This document shows, in pieces, positions 27,882-40,940 of a DNA stretch of 64,000 bases. The first letter of the stretch is position 1, and the number at the start of each line of letters is the position of its first letter. Below the pieces are notes generated by a model that was given only the letters and a program-made list of their open reading frames with translations, was not told the origin of the DNA and ran no database searches. Location of the stretch: positions 139,066,001 to 139,130,000 of the forward strand of contig OX597816.1 of assembly GCA_951406725.2 (NCBI GenBank). The letters run 5' to 3'. Source of the DNA: Octopus vulgaris (lineage: Eukaryota). Both the position numbers and the translations under genes were made by a program.

Positions 27882-28378
27882 ACATATATATATATTATAT
27901 GTATATGCATATGCGTGAATGTGTGTGTTAATATGAGTGAGTGTGCGAGTGTGCGTGTGTATTAGTGATTATTTATTGTGTGGCAAAAATTGGCAAACTG
28001 TCCGTATTTTGTTGACAGTTGTCCGCGAAGAAATGATTAGTAGTTGACACTAAATCAAGCAGGAAGATCTGATTAAAAGGGACAGCTGCTGACTTCTATC
28101 TTACCTGACAATACTACAACTGAATACTTTCGCAACTGTCATGATTTATTAGACACAGCGCGCACTCATACACGTACAAATACAAATACACGCAAAACAG
28201 CCGCGCAAACAACGCACATATCACTCACAGACACACGCTCAAAAGGAATCACAAATACGCGCATGAAAGAAAAACCCCGCAGGCTCAGACATACACAATC
28301 GGCCCCTTGCAACACACATACAGGAATATACGCACAGACAACCACAATCACTCAAACACACTCGCAGGCAAATATATT

Positions 28379-28432
<54 letters not shown>

Positions 28433-28518
28433 AGTACCAAGATCATACACACACGCTCTCATATATATCATGCATATGAACACGTGTGTATACATACATA
28501 CATACATACATACATACA

Positions 28519-28571
<53 letters not shown>

Positions 28572-28586
28572 ATACATACACACATA

Positions 28587-28688
<102 letters not shown>

Positions 28689-28908
28689 TATATATATATA
28701 TATTTACATATATCTATATTCATATGTACACACTCACGCACGCACACATGTTCGTGCATGTGTCAGTGTATGTGTGTATAAGTTATGAGGTAGATTACAT
28801 ACATAATGTAACTTGAAGTGGTTTTATTAACTAAAATTATCCTAGCGATTTGAACACAAAACCTTCCTCTAGGGTATTTATACATACAAATATATGTATG
28901 TATAAATA

Positions 28909-30126
28909 CGAAGGACTGTCGTAAAGTTCATAGGCTCACCTGATCGAGACACCCTCATGGAATGTGACCAAATGTGGTTTATTTTCAATGTGGTTCTGCT
29001 TGCTGTCCATACACTTCTTCCATCAGTGTCGTAGTGCTTGTATCCCATTGGTGAAGCAGTATTCATCCTGTTAGTCCAAAAAATCATCAGTAGCAGACAT
29101 GACATCATCATCACTGTGACAATGGTTTTCGGTGAATTGTTTTTCGTGTCTGGAAACATCATAGTTAGACGGAGCCAAATCAGTAGAATAGTGAGGCAAA
29201 TCAACCAGTTCAAAGTCACAGTCACGCACAGGTGCCATTGAAAGCAAGGATTTTTTTGTCCTGGAGCATTGTCCTCATGAAACAAGATTCCTTTCGTCAG
29301 TTTTCCTGGGCGTTTGGTCTTGATTGCCTTTCGTAACTGCCTCAGCAAGTTGATATGGTACTTTCCCTTGATGGTGTGGCCCGTTTGAAGTTAGTCAATA
29401 AACAAAAAGCCATCACCTTCCCTACAAATGAAACGATATTGGTCTTCTTCGGTTATTTCTATTGTATAGATTGTTTCTTTATTTCTTGCTCAAATTGATG
29501 AACCCTACACTTATCCTAGCTTAGGAAGCGTTCAAGGAAACCTGCAGAATTCGCCGGAAACAGTGTCAGATTTTCCTGTGATGTGATCAATTTAGATCGG
29601 GAGTCAGACGACATAGTACTCACCGAGCTGAAACCTTCGTCGTTTCAAGCTCACCGTGCAGAATATTGCCAGCTCTCTCAAGGTATATGCTTAATAGCAT
29701 TGGATATTTGATTCATAGTCAATCACATCTCATACATCAACATGTAGTGAACACGATCAATGTTTCTTTTGCGGGTGGCAGGGTGTCCAGACCGTGGATC
29801 ATATTCATGACTCTGCCTTCCTCTCCTAAACTCAGTTGTTCACTTTTGCACTGTTGATAAAGCTGGAGCGTATCCTCTAATATAGTAAGAATGTAAGCCT
29901 CAATGTCGTTGGGGACTAAAACCTTTTTCTGCAGGTATTTGATAACAGCACAGTACCAAACTTTGTCCATTTTCATGAGAAGTCGCTACTAGTTACATTT
30001 GAAGTGTTCTTTGAAGAGCCAAATGTCAGTAACCAGGAAATATACAAAGCATTTATTAAGAATAGTTGAAATTTATGCATGTAAGATTTGACAGCTTATT
30101 CATAGTCAGCCTGTGAACTTTTGCAG

Positions 30127-30128
<2 letters not shown>
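28909..30128 (-). mobile_element. Near full-length defective mariner (irritans/Hsmar2-like)
   Basis: N-terminus MDKVWYCAVIKYLQKK; LRKAIKTKRPGKLTKGILFHEDNAP; TIR remnants aaagttcataggctcac (~28923-28939) and gtcagcctgtgaacttt (~30105-30121); TA at 28907-28908; many frameshifts. Confidence 0.85.
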
Positions 30129-30180
<52 letters not shown>

Positions 30181-30227
30181 GGCGAGAGAGACAGAATACT
30201 ATGGAACACATCTCACCAAAAGCCTAT

Positions 30228-30462
30228 GTGTTGTACTCTGGAGGAAGATACTTTATTTCATGTTGCTTCAGTTCAATCCGCTGTAGAAATGAGTTGCGAA
30301 CGTCACAGGCGCCAAGCTGTATCGACTTTTGGTTTTTCCCTTGGATAACATCGTTAACATGGAGAGGAGAGGCTGGTCTGCATGGGTGACTGTTGATCGT
30401 ACATAACCAACCTCACCCGGACTTGAGCCTCAGAGAGGGACTTTCTAGATGCAATCCCATGT
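30228..30462 (+). mobile_element. SINE family D, headless
   Basis: actttatttcatgttgcttcagttca..ccaagctgtatcg..ctttctagatgcaatcccatg. Confidence 0.75.
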
Positions 30463-30820
30463 GGGTTTTTATCCTTTTCCGTAATATGTGTGTGAGTGTG
30501 TGTGTGCGTGCGAGTAAAGATACATATATGCATGTATGTATGTATGTCTCACTGAATCGACGACAAGACTACTAGATGTTTCATACCCGGCAGGTCACAT
30601 TGCACTTCATCACATTATTGTAGCTTTTGAATGACCTGCTCCCCGCCCGCTGCCTAAGCGTGCCAGCTGTCGTTTAAACATGGCTAGTGAGGAGGTGCTT
30701 CGAAGTTACTATCATAATATTCCTTGAAAAATAAATTATACACTACTAAAAAGTATAGAGTATCCCTTCTGCTTTTATACATGCGATGAAAGTAGAAAAT
30801 AGAAAATAGAAAATAAAATA

Positions 30821-31373
30821 TTGGGTTGTCCGGAAAGTTCATGCCGATTTCGACTTATTTTACAACATGGTTGAGTCCATAAAATAAGATTTGACTACAC
30901 CTCCATTTAGAGCACAGTTTAAGCTATCTTTTCGTGGAAGAAGGTTTATGTTCCTATAACCTGTGTTAATTCTGCAACCCTTTAAAATGGAAGATAAGAA
31001 AGTTCATTTTTTGGCACTTGATGCTTTGGAAACCAGACAAAAATTGCTGCAGCTCGGCTGGGATGTGTTACCCGCCCCCCTCCATATACACCAGATATTG
31101 CTCCTTCGGATTTCCACTTATTCAGGTCTCTGCAGAATAGTCTTAATGGTAATAATTTCAATTCCTTCGATGACGTAAAAAGATACCTTGATGGATTCTG
31201 TGCCATGAAACCACCTCAATTCTGGGAAGAGGGTATTTTCAAGTTAAAGGAAAGATGGAGACGCATTGTGTAACAAAATGGTTCATATTTGGTTGATTAA
31301 AAATGTAAGGGCAAGTATTTATTGACCCATTTCTTTCATTTAAAAATCGGCACGAACTTTCCGGACAACCCAA
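30821..31373 (+). mobile_element. Internally deleted mariner (553 bp) with intact TIRs and TA target duplication
   Basis: TA|ttgggttgtccggaaagttcatgccgattt ... aaatcggcacgaactttccggacaacccaa|TA; MEDKKVHF fused to the C-terminus TRQKLLQLGWDVLP..PDIAPSDFHLFRSLQNSL...WEEGIFKLKERW. Confidence 0.92.
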
Positions 31374-31512
31374 TAAAATATAAAAACATTACTTGAACAA
31401 ATACTAGGAGGAAATGAATGGGAGGTTAATGATAAATACCGAAAGCTTGATTAACTTGAGATAATGGTAATTTTGTTGCAGTATGGTGATATCCGTATGC
31501 AGAACGTAGTAT

Positions 31513-31711
31513 GGCGAAATGCTTAGCAGTATTTCGTCTGCCCCTACGTTCTGAGTTCAAATTCCGCCGTGGTCGACTTTTCCTTTCATCCTTTCGGGGT
31601 CGATAAATTAAGTACCAGTTACGCACTGGGGTCGATATAATCGAATTAATCCGTTTGTCTGTCCTTGTTTGTCCTCTCTGTGTTTAGCCCCTTGTGGGTA
31701 GTAAAGAAATA
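31513..31711 (+). mobile_element. SINE family A with 17-bp target-site duplication
   Basis: agtatggtgatatccgt at 31480-31496 and 31712-31728. Confidence 0.9.
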
Positions 31712-32505
31712 AGTATGGTGATATCCGTTTAACTCTACAGGATGTTCAACTAAATCTTGGTTTACACATATTTATGATCAACTTATGTTACTCAATTTAT
31801 TTTTTACACTTTATTTATTTTCTTTTTATTGCATTTTTACTGATTTTCTATTTATCTATATATCATTGCTCCTTTTTTTTTTTTTTTACTAAGCTCCATA
31901 TACGATCATTCTAGGACCTGTAATAGGTACTTCTGCTCAATGCATCTATTGTCTGCTATTATATAATGAAAAATTTGCTAATTTATAGCAGCGTCTGGTG
32001 TTTGATTTACCATCAAATGCACTAAAATGTTGTCTGCTCATTATGTTACAATACAATTATATTTGGAGATGTGCATATATTTGTGTGTGTGTGTGTGTTA
32101 TTGTTTGTGTGTGATGGATAATATAGCATCGCTTTTGTAACTTACGCAGATTACAATACAATTTGTCAGCAAATAGCTTAAACATCTATTCTCTCATTTC
32201 TCTCCTCCAGTCAGTTTTTCTATTCATGCACTCCACTATTGCGCTCCCTGGATTTTGAAAACGACGATGAGGTTATATTCCAGCTATTTTTCTCGATACC
32301 CATGCTCTCGGTGTGGAGCTTACAGTAACCCATGATTGACTTTTTTGAGGGTATTAAAATATAAATATGTTGAAATATAAATATATTTAATGAACTCATT
32401 GTTTTAAAGCACACACACAGATATAAAATGTGTGTGTGTGTGAGTGTTTGCATGCTTATGCGCGTAAATTTATAACGTGACGAATTTGGAATTTCTTGCT
32501 CAGTA

Positions 32506-32563
32506 ACTCTTACTGAGGAAGGTTGAGGCCCTTGGGCCAACACCCAAACCATGGTATATGAGT
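32506..32563 (+). ncRNA. Degenerate type I hammerhead motif (G12 to C)
   Basis: actctta-CTGAGGA-a-ggttgaggccc-tt-gggccaacacc-cAAA-ccatgg-TA-tatgagt: stem II hairpin, palindromic stem III CCATGG, stem I with one mismatch. Confidence 0.55.
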
Positions 32564-32957
32564 ATCTGAACAGCATAATTTTTATATGGTATGCTTTTTA
32601 ATTCTTTGCCCGTTTCCTTGCATACTTTTATTTTCTATTATTTTGGTGCCATCTGGCGGTTGAATTGAGACCTTAGCTCCCATTTCTAGATAAGTTGATG
32701 CTTACTGTTTCCTTAAGGCTTGGTGCTAATCTTATATTTTATAGCTTATAATGCCATTAGACCTGTGAACTGCCCATGTTACTGCTGTTAATATATATTT
32801 TTTTTAATTCATCTAGTTTCAGATCTTTTAAAAAAGATCCACGACCACCCAGGGACGTGGATCCTTTAATTATCAATTAATAATATTTGCCATAGATGGT
32901 ATTAACAGTAGGAACATCTTATTTCGAATGTAAACATTCGAATGTTTTTTGTTTATG

Positions 32958-33033
<76 letters not shown>

Positions 33034-33091
33034 CGTGCACGCGCGCGTATATTTGTATGTATCTATGTGTGTGTATATATATATATATATC

Positions 33092-33455
33092 AACAAGTCC
33101 TTATACCTCTTTTTTGGTTTATGTGGAGGTCGTTCTACTTTAGCTAACTCTCCATAAAAGAGTTGTTTTGGCATCCTTGAATCCTTCATCCTGACCAGAT
33201 GACCACTCCATCTGAGCCTTTGCTTTAACACAAGAGCTTCTATACTTTCACACCGAGAGCCTTCCAATATTTCAAGATCACTGATTTGGTCCTTCCACTT
33301 AATGCCATAGATCCGTCTGAGACACATCTGATGGAAACGTTCCAGTTGTTTAAGGTGGTATCGATATGTGACCCACGTCTCGCAGGCATACAGAAGAGAA
33401 GGGAGCACACATGACTTGTACACCTTTATCTTTGTCTCTCTGCATATGTCTCGCC

Positions 33456-33458
<3 letters not shown>
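33092..33458 (-). mobile_element. RTE-clade LINE fragment (post-RT C-terminal region)
   Basis: Open ~120-aa stretch TKIKVYKSCVLPSLLYACETW...LERFHQMCLRRI..IKWKD...RLRWSGHLVRM.DSRMPKQLFYGEL...KPKKRYKD; (TA)n on both sides. Confidence 0.9.
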
Positions 33459-33511
<53 letters not shown>

Positions 33512-33513
<2 letters not shown>

Positions 33514-33749
33514 TATGGTGCTGCTAAGAAGCAAAATAGAACTCAAAATAGAACTTTCGTTCAACAAATCGAGCCCAGGACTTATTCTTTTTAAGCCTAG
33601 TACTTATTCTATCGGTCTCTTTTGCCGAGCTGCTAAGTTACAGCGACATAAGCACACCAATATCGGTTATCAATCGATGGTGTTGGTGGTGGAGGGCAAA
33701 TACAGACACACAAGCAAACACACGCACACACAGACAGACACACACACAC

Positions 33750-33780
<31 letters not shown>

Positions 33781-33833
33781 GACACAGACAGACACACACA
33801 CACACAGACACAGACAGACACACACACACACAC

Positions 33834-33906
<73 letters not shown>

Positions 33907-34015
33907 TACCAAATTACTCACTCCGTCTACCAAATCCACTCACAAGGCTTTTGTCGGCCCGAGGCTGCAGTAGAAGATAATTGCCCAGGATGTCACGCAG
34001 TGGGACTGAACCCAG

Positions 34016-34018
<3 letters not shown>
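33512..34018 (-). mobile_element. SINE family C with expanded internal (CA/CAGA)n and (TA)n
   Basis: Both halves match the 21689 copy. Confidence 0.8.
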
Positions 34019-34075
<57 letters not shown>

Positions 34076-34085
34076 AAGACTGTGA

Positions 34086-34362
34086 AGGTGCATGGCTCAG
34101 TGGTTAGAGCGTCGAGCTTACGATTGCGAGGTTGTGAGTGTTCTTGAGCAAGACACTTTATTTCACGTTCCTCCAGTTCACTCAACTGTAGAAACGAGTT
34201 GCGACGTTTCAGGTGCTAAGCTGTATCGGCCTTTCCCATGGATAAAACTGGTGGCGTGGAGAGGGGAGGCCGGTATGCATAAACAACCTTACTCGGACTT
34301 GTGCCTCGGAGGGTAACTTTCTAGGTGCAATCCCATGGTCAGTCATGACTGAAGGGGGTCTC
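34086..34362 (+). mobile_element. SINE family D
   Basis: tRNA head, CORE-like domain, tail ctaggtgcaatcccatggtcagtcatgactgaagggggtctc. Confidence 0.85.
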
Positions 34363-35909
34363 AACATATAAAGACTGCAATGTTTGGTATATTTTTCACA
34401 TATTTCATGAAAACACGGCTTGGATTTTAAGCTCTTCAAATAATTATACATGTAGGAGGTTAGAGTATGTGTGTCTATATGCACACAGATATATACAGCT
34501 AGCTTTGTGAAAGCTAGATTGGACAGTTTCCTTTACATAGTTTTGGTTGAACAGAAACTATGATAGATGATACTTCCTCAAGCTGCCTGGTCTCACACAC
34601 CCCTTACTAGTGCCATCGAACCTGGTTGGCTCTGATTGCATAGCGAGTTTTATAAATTTGAAGTAAAATTTACATCTCTATGTTCGCATATGTCGTCGCG
34701 TACCAACAAACAAAAATAAGCTTGTAAGAAAAAAAGATCATGCAAAAATAAAATACTAATTAACAATCTTATAAATTGAGATGAACCAAAGGAATAACAA
34801 ATTAGAGAACGTTATAAAGATATATAAACACTGAAATATGTAGAGAAATTTTTCTTTTACGTTTTTAAATAGAAAAAATATGTCATGTTGATTAATTAAT
34901 CTCCGAAGTAAAAACAGATATCAAATTTTAAGTTATTCGTGTATTACCTGAACACACGTGTACGCATTCCTACCGCTATTTTTTTTCTTTCCTTCTTCAC
35001 GAATGTTAATCGCAATTTTTTTTTCTTCCAAATTGAGTATTTTCATGTTTTCACAACGAGTTCATGGAAGAGTTTCAGTTTTGACAGCTTACTAGATAAA
35101 TAAATACACAGAAAATGGTATGTGTTGTTGACAAATACAATCTCCAGAGATCTATCTTGTTTTTTGCTTTACTTTTTTCTTTTTAACTTTTTAATTTTGT
35201 TTCTGATATTGATAGTTCGGGTACAAAATAGAGATTGAAGACATAAAAAATACCCAAATGGATAATTCTTGACGTATGAATTATCATGAGTTTATTCAAT
35301 ACCATTTGAATTATCATTATCTGTCCTCCGCTCTCTTCTCTCTCCTCTCTCTTTCTCTCTCCCCCTCTCTCTCTCTTTCTCTCGTCCGTCTCTATGTGTG
35401 TTAGTGTGTGTGTGTGTGTATTCATATATATATATGTATATATATAAATATATATATATGCATATATATATATATATATGTATGTATATGAATATATATA
35501 TATGAGTGTGCGTATATATATATATATTTGTATGTATCTATATATGAATATATACATGTGTGTGTGTGTGTGCATATAGAAATGTATATATGTATATATG
35601 AATACACACACATATACATACATATTAACATAGATGCAAACACGTGGATATGCTCACACATGCCAAGTGCATATAGATATAAATATACTTGCATTCAAAT
35701 AGGTTGCATAATCTTTAAACGTATTTACTTATTACGCTATGAATATCATGAATTCACTTACTCCAAATTGTAGTAATTAGTGAACTAAGTCAATAATGAT
35801 ATTTATGTTTTCCGACGTCGGTACTGTTGTTTTCTCTGCCTAATTTCTGCATAAACTAAGAAATAAGAAACAATGCAATTTGTTACGTGTGCAAGTTTTT
35901 ATCATTTTA

Positions 35910-36556
35910 CTAGCACTATGACCCGGCGTTGCCTGGTCTAGTGCTAGTGCTTGTTATTCGTTACCGGGTCGCAGTAAAAATTTCTCACTAAATCAAGAGC
36001 TAAGTTTCTTATCATGTTTCAGTCCGGGCCAGTTTTGTTGGGTATAAGCTAATTGGAACTTTTTATGAGAGTAATTAATATCCATTGGACTTCGGTTTTC
36101 ACATCTGGAGGCAGAAGAAAGCGAACTTGAATTTGGCCGCAAAATAGCATGATTTTCGAAATACACATAACTCTCGTTTGTTGAGTTTTGGCTTCACACC
36201 CAACCCAGTTCTGCACAATCAATGTCGCGACGGGAACGTATGGGTTGGCAGAGGCGTCCAATCAAAAAACTTCTGACAGTCTAATGGTGTATCTAGCTGT
36301 ACGAACGCACCGCGTACAAATGTCTATGTTTTAGCGATTTAGAATGGATACGCCCATAACTTAAGGGGTCGGTTTATCGATTTTTTAATGGCCTTCTGGG
36401 GTGACTGGGGAAATGAAAAGATCTTCACGAGCACACTCACACAGTTTTGAAAGCTCATAGAAAATGCGAGCCTTTTACGTGAAAGACTGTGGATTTGTAT
36501 TAAGGACACACAGACGCACAGATACACAGATATTTTGCCGTTTATAGATATAGAGA
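35910..36556 (-). mobile_element. Non-autonomous Helitron (~647 bp)
   Basis: Minus strand begins A|TCtctatatctataaa and ends ccaggcaacgccggg...tagtgCTAG|T: 5' TC, 3' GC hairpin plus CTAG, A|T target, no TSD. Confidence 0.75.
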
Positions 36557-36849
36557 TAAATTAGCAGATTCGTTAGCACATCCACTAAAATCACTTAACA
36601 GCGTTTCCTACTATGTGGCACGTTCTGGGCTCAAATTGCCTCAAAGTCGTTCGTATTTTCCGGGTTCGAATTCGATAAAATAAAACACCTTCAATCTGCT
36701 AGGTTATAGGGTGATGCAAAATTTCTATGTGATGACGCAATTCTTACAATATATTGCATTATCTTTCAGGAGAGTATAAATATGCGAGACGGCGGTATCT
36801 GCCTTTAGGCTGCTATCAAGTTTCATATTGTTCAGTTGTGCTTTCCAAT

Positions 36850-38290
36850 ATGCCTAGACGTGAAAACTTGAGTCAAGACCAAATATCGAAAAGGTTATTG
36901 AAATTAGATGAAGAATGGGAAGGACATAGCAGAGATTCCTTCTATGGCTCTGAAGATGTAGTGTGAAAGTGATTGTGTGCTGGACAGTTTAGGTCTGCTT
37001 GCCACCCAATTATGAATGAGCAATATGTTTCTAGAGACAGACAAGAAGTTTGGCATTCTAATCCCCTTACTCAAGCAGCAGTAAGAACTTCATCTTGCAA
37101 TATTTTGCGCCAATAATGTGGACAATTTCGTCTTGCTAAAAGGTCTTGCGATAGCATTGAAAAATGTTTTACTATCTTTATGTGCCAGAATTTTCTTGAA
37201 GTAATTCGTAAATGGGCAAATATTGCAGGCCAGGTTGTTTACAAATATAAATGGAACGAAATTGATCACTCTGAACGAAAGAAATTTATTGGACTCATTA
37301 TTTTTATAGGTGTTTATAAATCTAAACAGGCAAATGTCACACAGTTATGGAGTCAAGAAGATGGCCACCCGGTATTCAACACATTTATGAGCCGGAGATT
37401 TCAATAGACTTTACAAGTATTGCGCTTTGATGATCAATCATAGTGCAAGAATAAAGAGAAGTGATGATAAATTGGAGCCCATAAAAGAAATATTTGAAAT
37501 GTGGATTCAGAATTTGCAAGATGGATATGTTCCAAGTTCATGCATGACAGTTGATGAACAATTAGTTTCATTCAGAGGCGTTGCCCATTTCGGGTATATA
37601 TTCCTTCAAAACCTAGGAAATATGGAATTAAAATTTGGGCAACATGTGACACTGAAACATCTTATGACTGGAACATTAAAGTCTACTCTGGAAAAGACCC
37701 AGTAAAAGGGAGAGAGACAAATCAAGGTTCGAGAGTTGTTGAAGATCTAGTAAAAGAACTTGAAAATACTGGTTGCAATATAACTTCTGATAATTTTTTA
37801 CTAGGATTGGCTCGAAAGTCGCTTAGCAAAAAAACAACTTTAGTTGGAACAATTAGAAAGAACAGATTTCAACTTCCAAATGTTTTCACAACCAAACAAA
37901 GAAGACGATATTTAGCCTCATTTGAGATTCCTCAGCCAAAGCAAAACGGAAGATGTTCTTTGTGTGGCCCCCAAAAAGACAGGAAAACTCGTACTACATG
38001 TAAGAATTGTAATACCTATGTTTGCCAAGAACATACCAATATTGTCTGCATTTACTGCCATGAAAAGCTGTAATTCTGTATTTTTATAATTTTAAAATTT
38101 ATAATATATTCTGTAAGCTGTATTTTTTTTTAATTAAAATTTGTGAGAAACAGTAATTCTTCATTCACCTGATAGCATATATTATGTAGCTAAGAAACAG
38201 TGGTAGTTTGAATAAAATTTAATTAAAAGAAAAATATTGGGTTCATTGGACTCAGTTGGTAATTAGTGACATACATTTCTTCTGGGTTAA
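36850..38290 (+). mobile_element. Defective piggyBac transposon
   Basis: DKLEPIKEIFE...MTVDEQLVSFRG.CPFRVYIPSKPRKYGIKIW...ITSDNFF...LVGTIRKNR; C-terminal Cys-rich CSLC...CKNCNTYVCQEH..C..C; 3' end GGG|TTAA at 38284-38290; stops, frameshifts and an internal deletion before the Cys-rich domain. Confidence 0.9.
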
Positions 38291-38628
38291 TGCATCTTGT
38301 AACATATAATTCAGAAATGCAGAAATATTCTCAGACACTGACCAATCCTGGGATCATACAATAAGTAAAAGTAACGGAGGTGTGGTTTAAGGTTCGCCTT
38401 TAACATAAAATCCACTTTTCCTCCCTATCATAGCAGATGTACAGACAGAATTATCTCTTCCTTTAATCGTTACCAAAAGTTTATTCCATATCACTGATCT
38501 CAAACAAATTTTACTGAAGTTTCTTCATGCTTTTCCACTTTATGGCCTACTTCCTATTCTTCGATCTATCTATCAATCTATCTATCTATATGTCTGTCTG
38601 TCTGTATGCATGTAAGTATGTATGTATG

Positions 38629-38662
<34 letters not shown>

Positions 38663-38810
38663 TGTATGTATGTATGTATGTATGTATGTATGTATGTATG
38701 TATGTCTGCCTACCTGACTGTCTATCTGCCTATCTGTCCGTCCGTCCATCCAGCCATTCACCCGTCCATCCATCTTTTTATCTATCTATCTAGCTAGCTA
38801 GCTAGCTATC

Positions 38811-39770
38811 TGTTGTGGAAGGATTCCGACCACTCCCATATGACTAAAAGTGGACTAACACATTGCTATAAAATAAAGAATTGTCAGTAGTTTGGTAAGC
38901 AGTTCACTGTAAGCCGTTGGAAGAGAGCGTTTAACCTCGTGTAACAGTAGTGCGTTGTGTGAATATTTTCTTTCTCCAGCTTCAGTAAATTATTTATCCA
39001 ACACTAGGACATAAAAGTGGCGACGAGTTGTTTGAAGGTTGCGTTAGACGTTTAGAATTTTTTTGTTCGAAACCGAAGAAAAATCATTTGACTTTGAGGA
39101 CTTATGAAGTTGCAATAGCGACAGCAGCAACAACAGCAACTACAACAACAACAACAGCAACTAAACCAGCAACAACAACAAAACCAACAGTTGCTGGAAT
39201 TAATGTTGAAGAAATCTGAAAATACTTTAGGTTCGTGCTCGCCAGACAGTGTAGCAAACTCAATTGAAGAATTCAGTTATAATTTAGAAGAACAGATTAC
39301 CTTCTCTGTATATTTTCGAAGATGCGAAGAAATCTTCAAACAGAGAAAAGTACGTCTACTTTTAAGAAAGTTATCCCCTTCCGAAAAATATTGTAATTCT
39401 ATTTTGCCGAAGAAACCAGGTAAGATTTGATTCGATGAAACAATTTCTTACCAAAAATTTTCAGTGAAAAAATTCCCTGTTCAATACTCGCTGGCAATGT
39501 TTAAATTTGGTCAAAAAAGACGATGAAGATTTCTGAGGTTGTTAATAGAGAATGTGAAAAGTTCAAATTAAATTAATTAACCCAGGACATGTTCAAATGT
39601 CTGCTTTCTTTCAAGGGTTAACTGCAAGCAATATGCATATATATTTTCCCGGATATTAACAAAATTAGAACAGGACCAAAAATTAACTCTACAGGCAGTA
39701 GAGGAAGAAAGCCAGAGGATTATAAATCTAAGACATGACGCAGATAAAATTGAAGGAAAAGATTGACGGA
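38811..39770 (+). mobile_element. Gypsy (Mag-like) LTR retrotransposon remnant: 5' LTR, PBS and decayed gag
   Basis: TGT...ACA LTR ~38811-39011 containing AATAAA; PBS TGGCGACGAG at 39018-39027 (complementary to a tRNA-Ser 3' end); gag-like SIEEFSYN.E.QITFSVYFRR.EEIF...KVRLLLRKL...FNTRWQCLNL...RILTKLEQDQKLTL. Confidence 0.8.
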
Positions 39771-39954
39771 TATGAAAAGAGAAAATGTCAAGACCGAACC
39801 CATGTTATATTAATATATTGAAGGGAAGGTATGAGTAGAGGGGATGACGGTGGAGATGGTGGTGGTGGGATGGTGCAATGTAGCAGCAATGACGTTGATT
39901 AACCAAGAATATATATTATAGAAATTTTTGAGCGATAATTAGGGCGATACATAT

Positions 39955-40142
39955 CTTTTTATCTCTTCTGTTTTTACTTATCTCATTCATTGAACTGCAG
40001 TCATGCTGGAGCAACGCCTTGAGAAATTCTTGGTCTAACGGTTAAGTTACGAGAACATGAACACACCAACACCGGCTGTCAAGAGGTGGTGGGGACAAAT
40101 GCAGACACAGAGAAACTCACTCTTTCACACACACACGCACAC

Positions 40143-40183
<41 letters not shown>

Positions 40184-40445
40184 CATACGACGAGCTACCT
40201 TCAGTTTCTTCCACGAAATCCACTAACAAGGCTTTGATCGGACCGAGGCTATAGTAAAAGACACTTACCCAAGGTGTCATGCACTGGGGGTGAACTAGGA
40301 ACCACGTAGTTAGGAAGCAAACTTCTCAGAGCATAACCCCACCTCCACTTCTACTTGCTAAGAAGTTTGCTTCCCAACATGACAACCACATGACGGTTCA
40401 CCCCCCAATGCATGACACATTATGTCATGCAAGTGTCTTCTATTA
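39955..40445. mobile_element. SINE family C (-) 39955-40330 head-to-head with a partial (+) head 40357-40445
   Basis: gaagcaaacttct ... agaagtttgcttc inverted; both match the family C head. Confidence 0.7.
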
Positions 40446-40892
40446 TATATATATATATGTGTGTGCGTGTGTGTGTTGTGTGTGTGTATACGTATGTATG
40501 TTTGTGTGTGTATATATATGTATATATATGTATGTATATATACTAAAATGATAGTAAAACATAATATAACATATAGATACATTATACAATAATATAACAT
40601 ATACATACATTATACAATATATTATTATATTATATTGCCTATAGGTATTTGAGTATCTATCATATGTGTGAATATAGGCACTTACTTTATGTACTTATTT
40701 TTTCACACCATTTCACATACATACATACATACAAACATACATACATACATACATAAATACATACATACATACATACATACATACATACATACATACATAC
40801 ATACATACATACATACATACGTACATACATACATTTATTATGAATTAGTTAAAAGAGTAAACGCTGCACGTATACAACCACTTCCAAGCGCG

Positions 40893-40940
40893 ACTGCTTG
40901 ATGAATCCCCAAAGCAGGGAAACAGGTGTCTTTGTGCAGT
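40893..40940 (+). ncRNA. Degenerate hammerhead-like motif
   Basis: actgc-tTGATGA-atccccaaagcagg-GAAA-caggtg-TC-tttgt-gcagt, in a ~210-nt insert between (TACA)n and (TATG)n. Confidence 0.35.
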
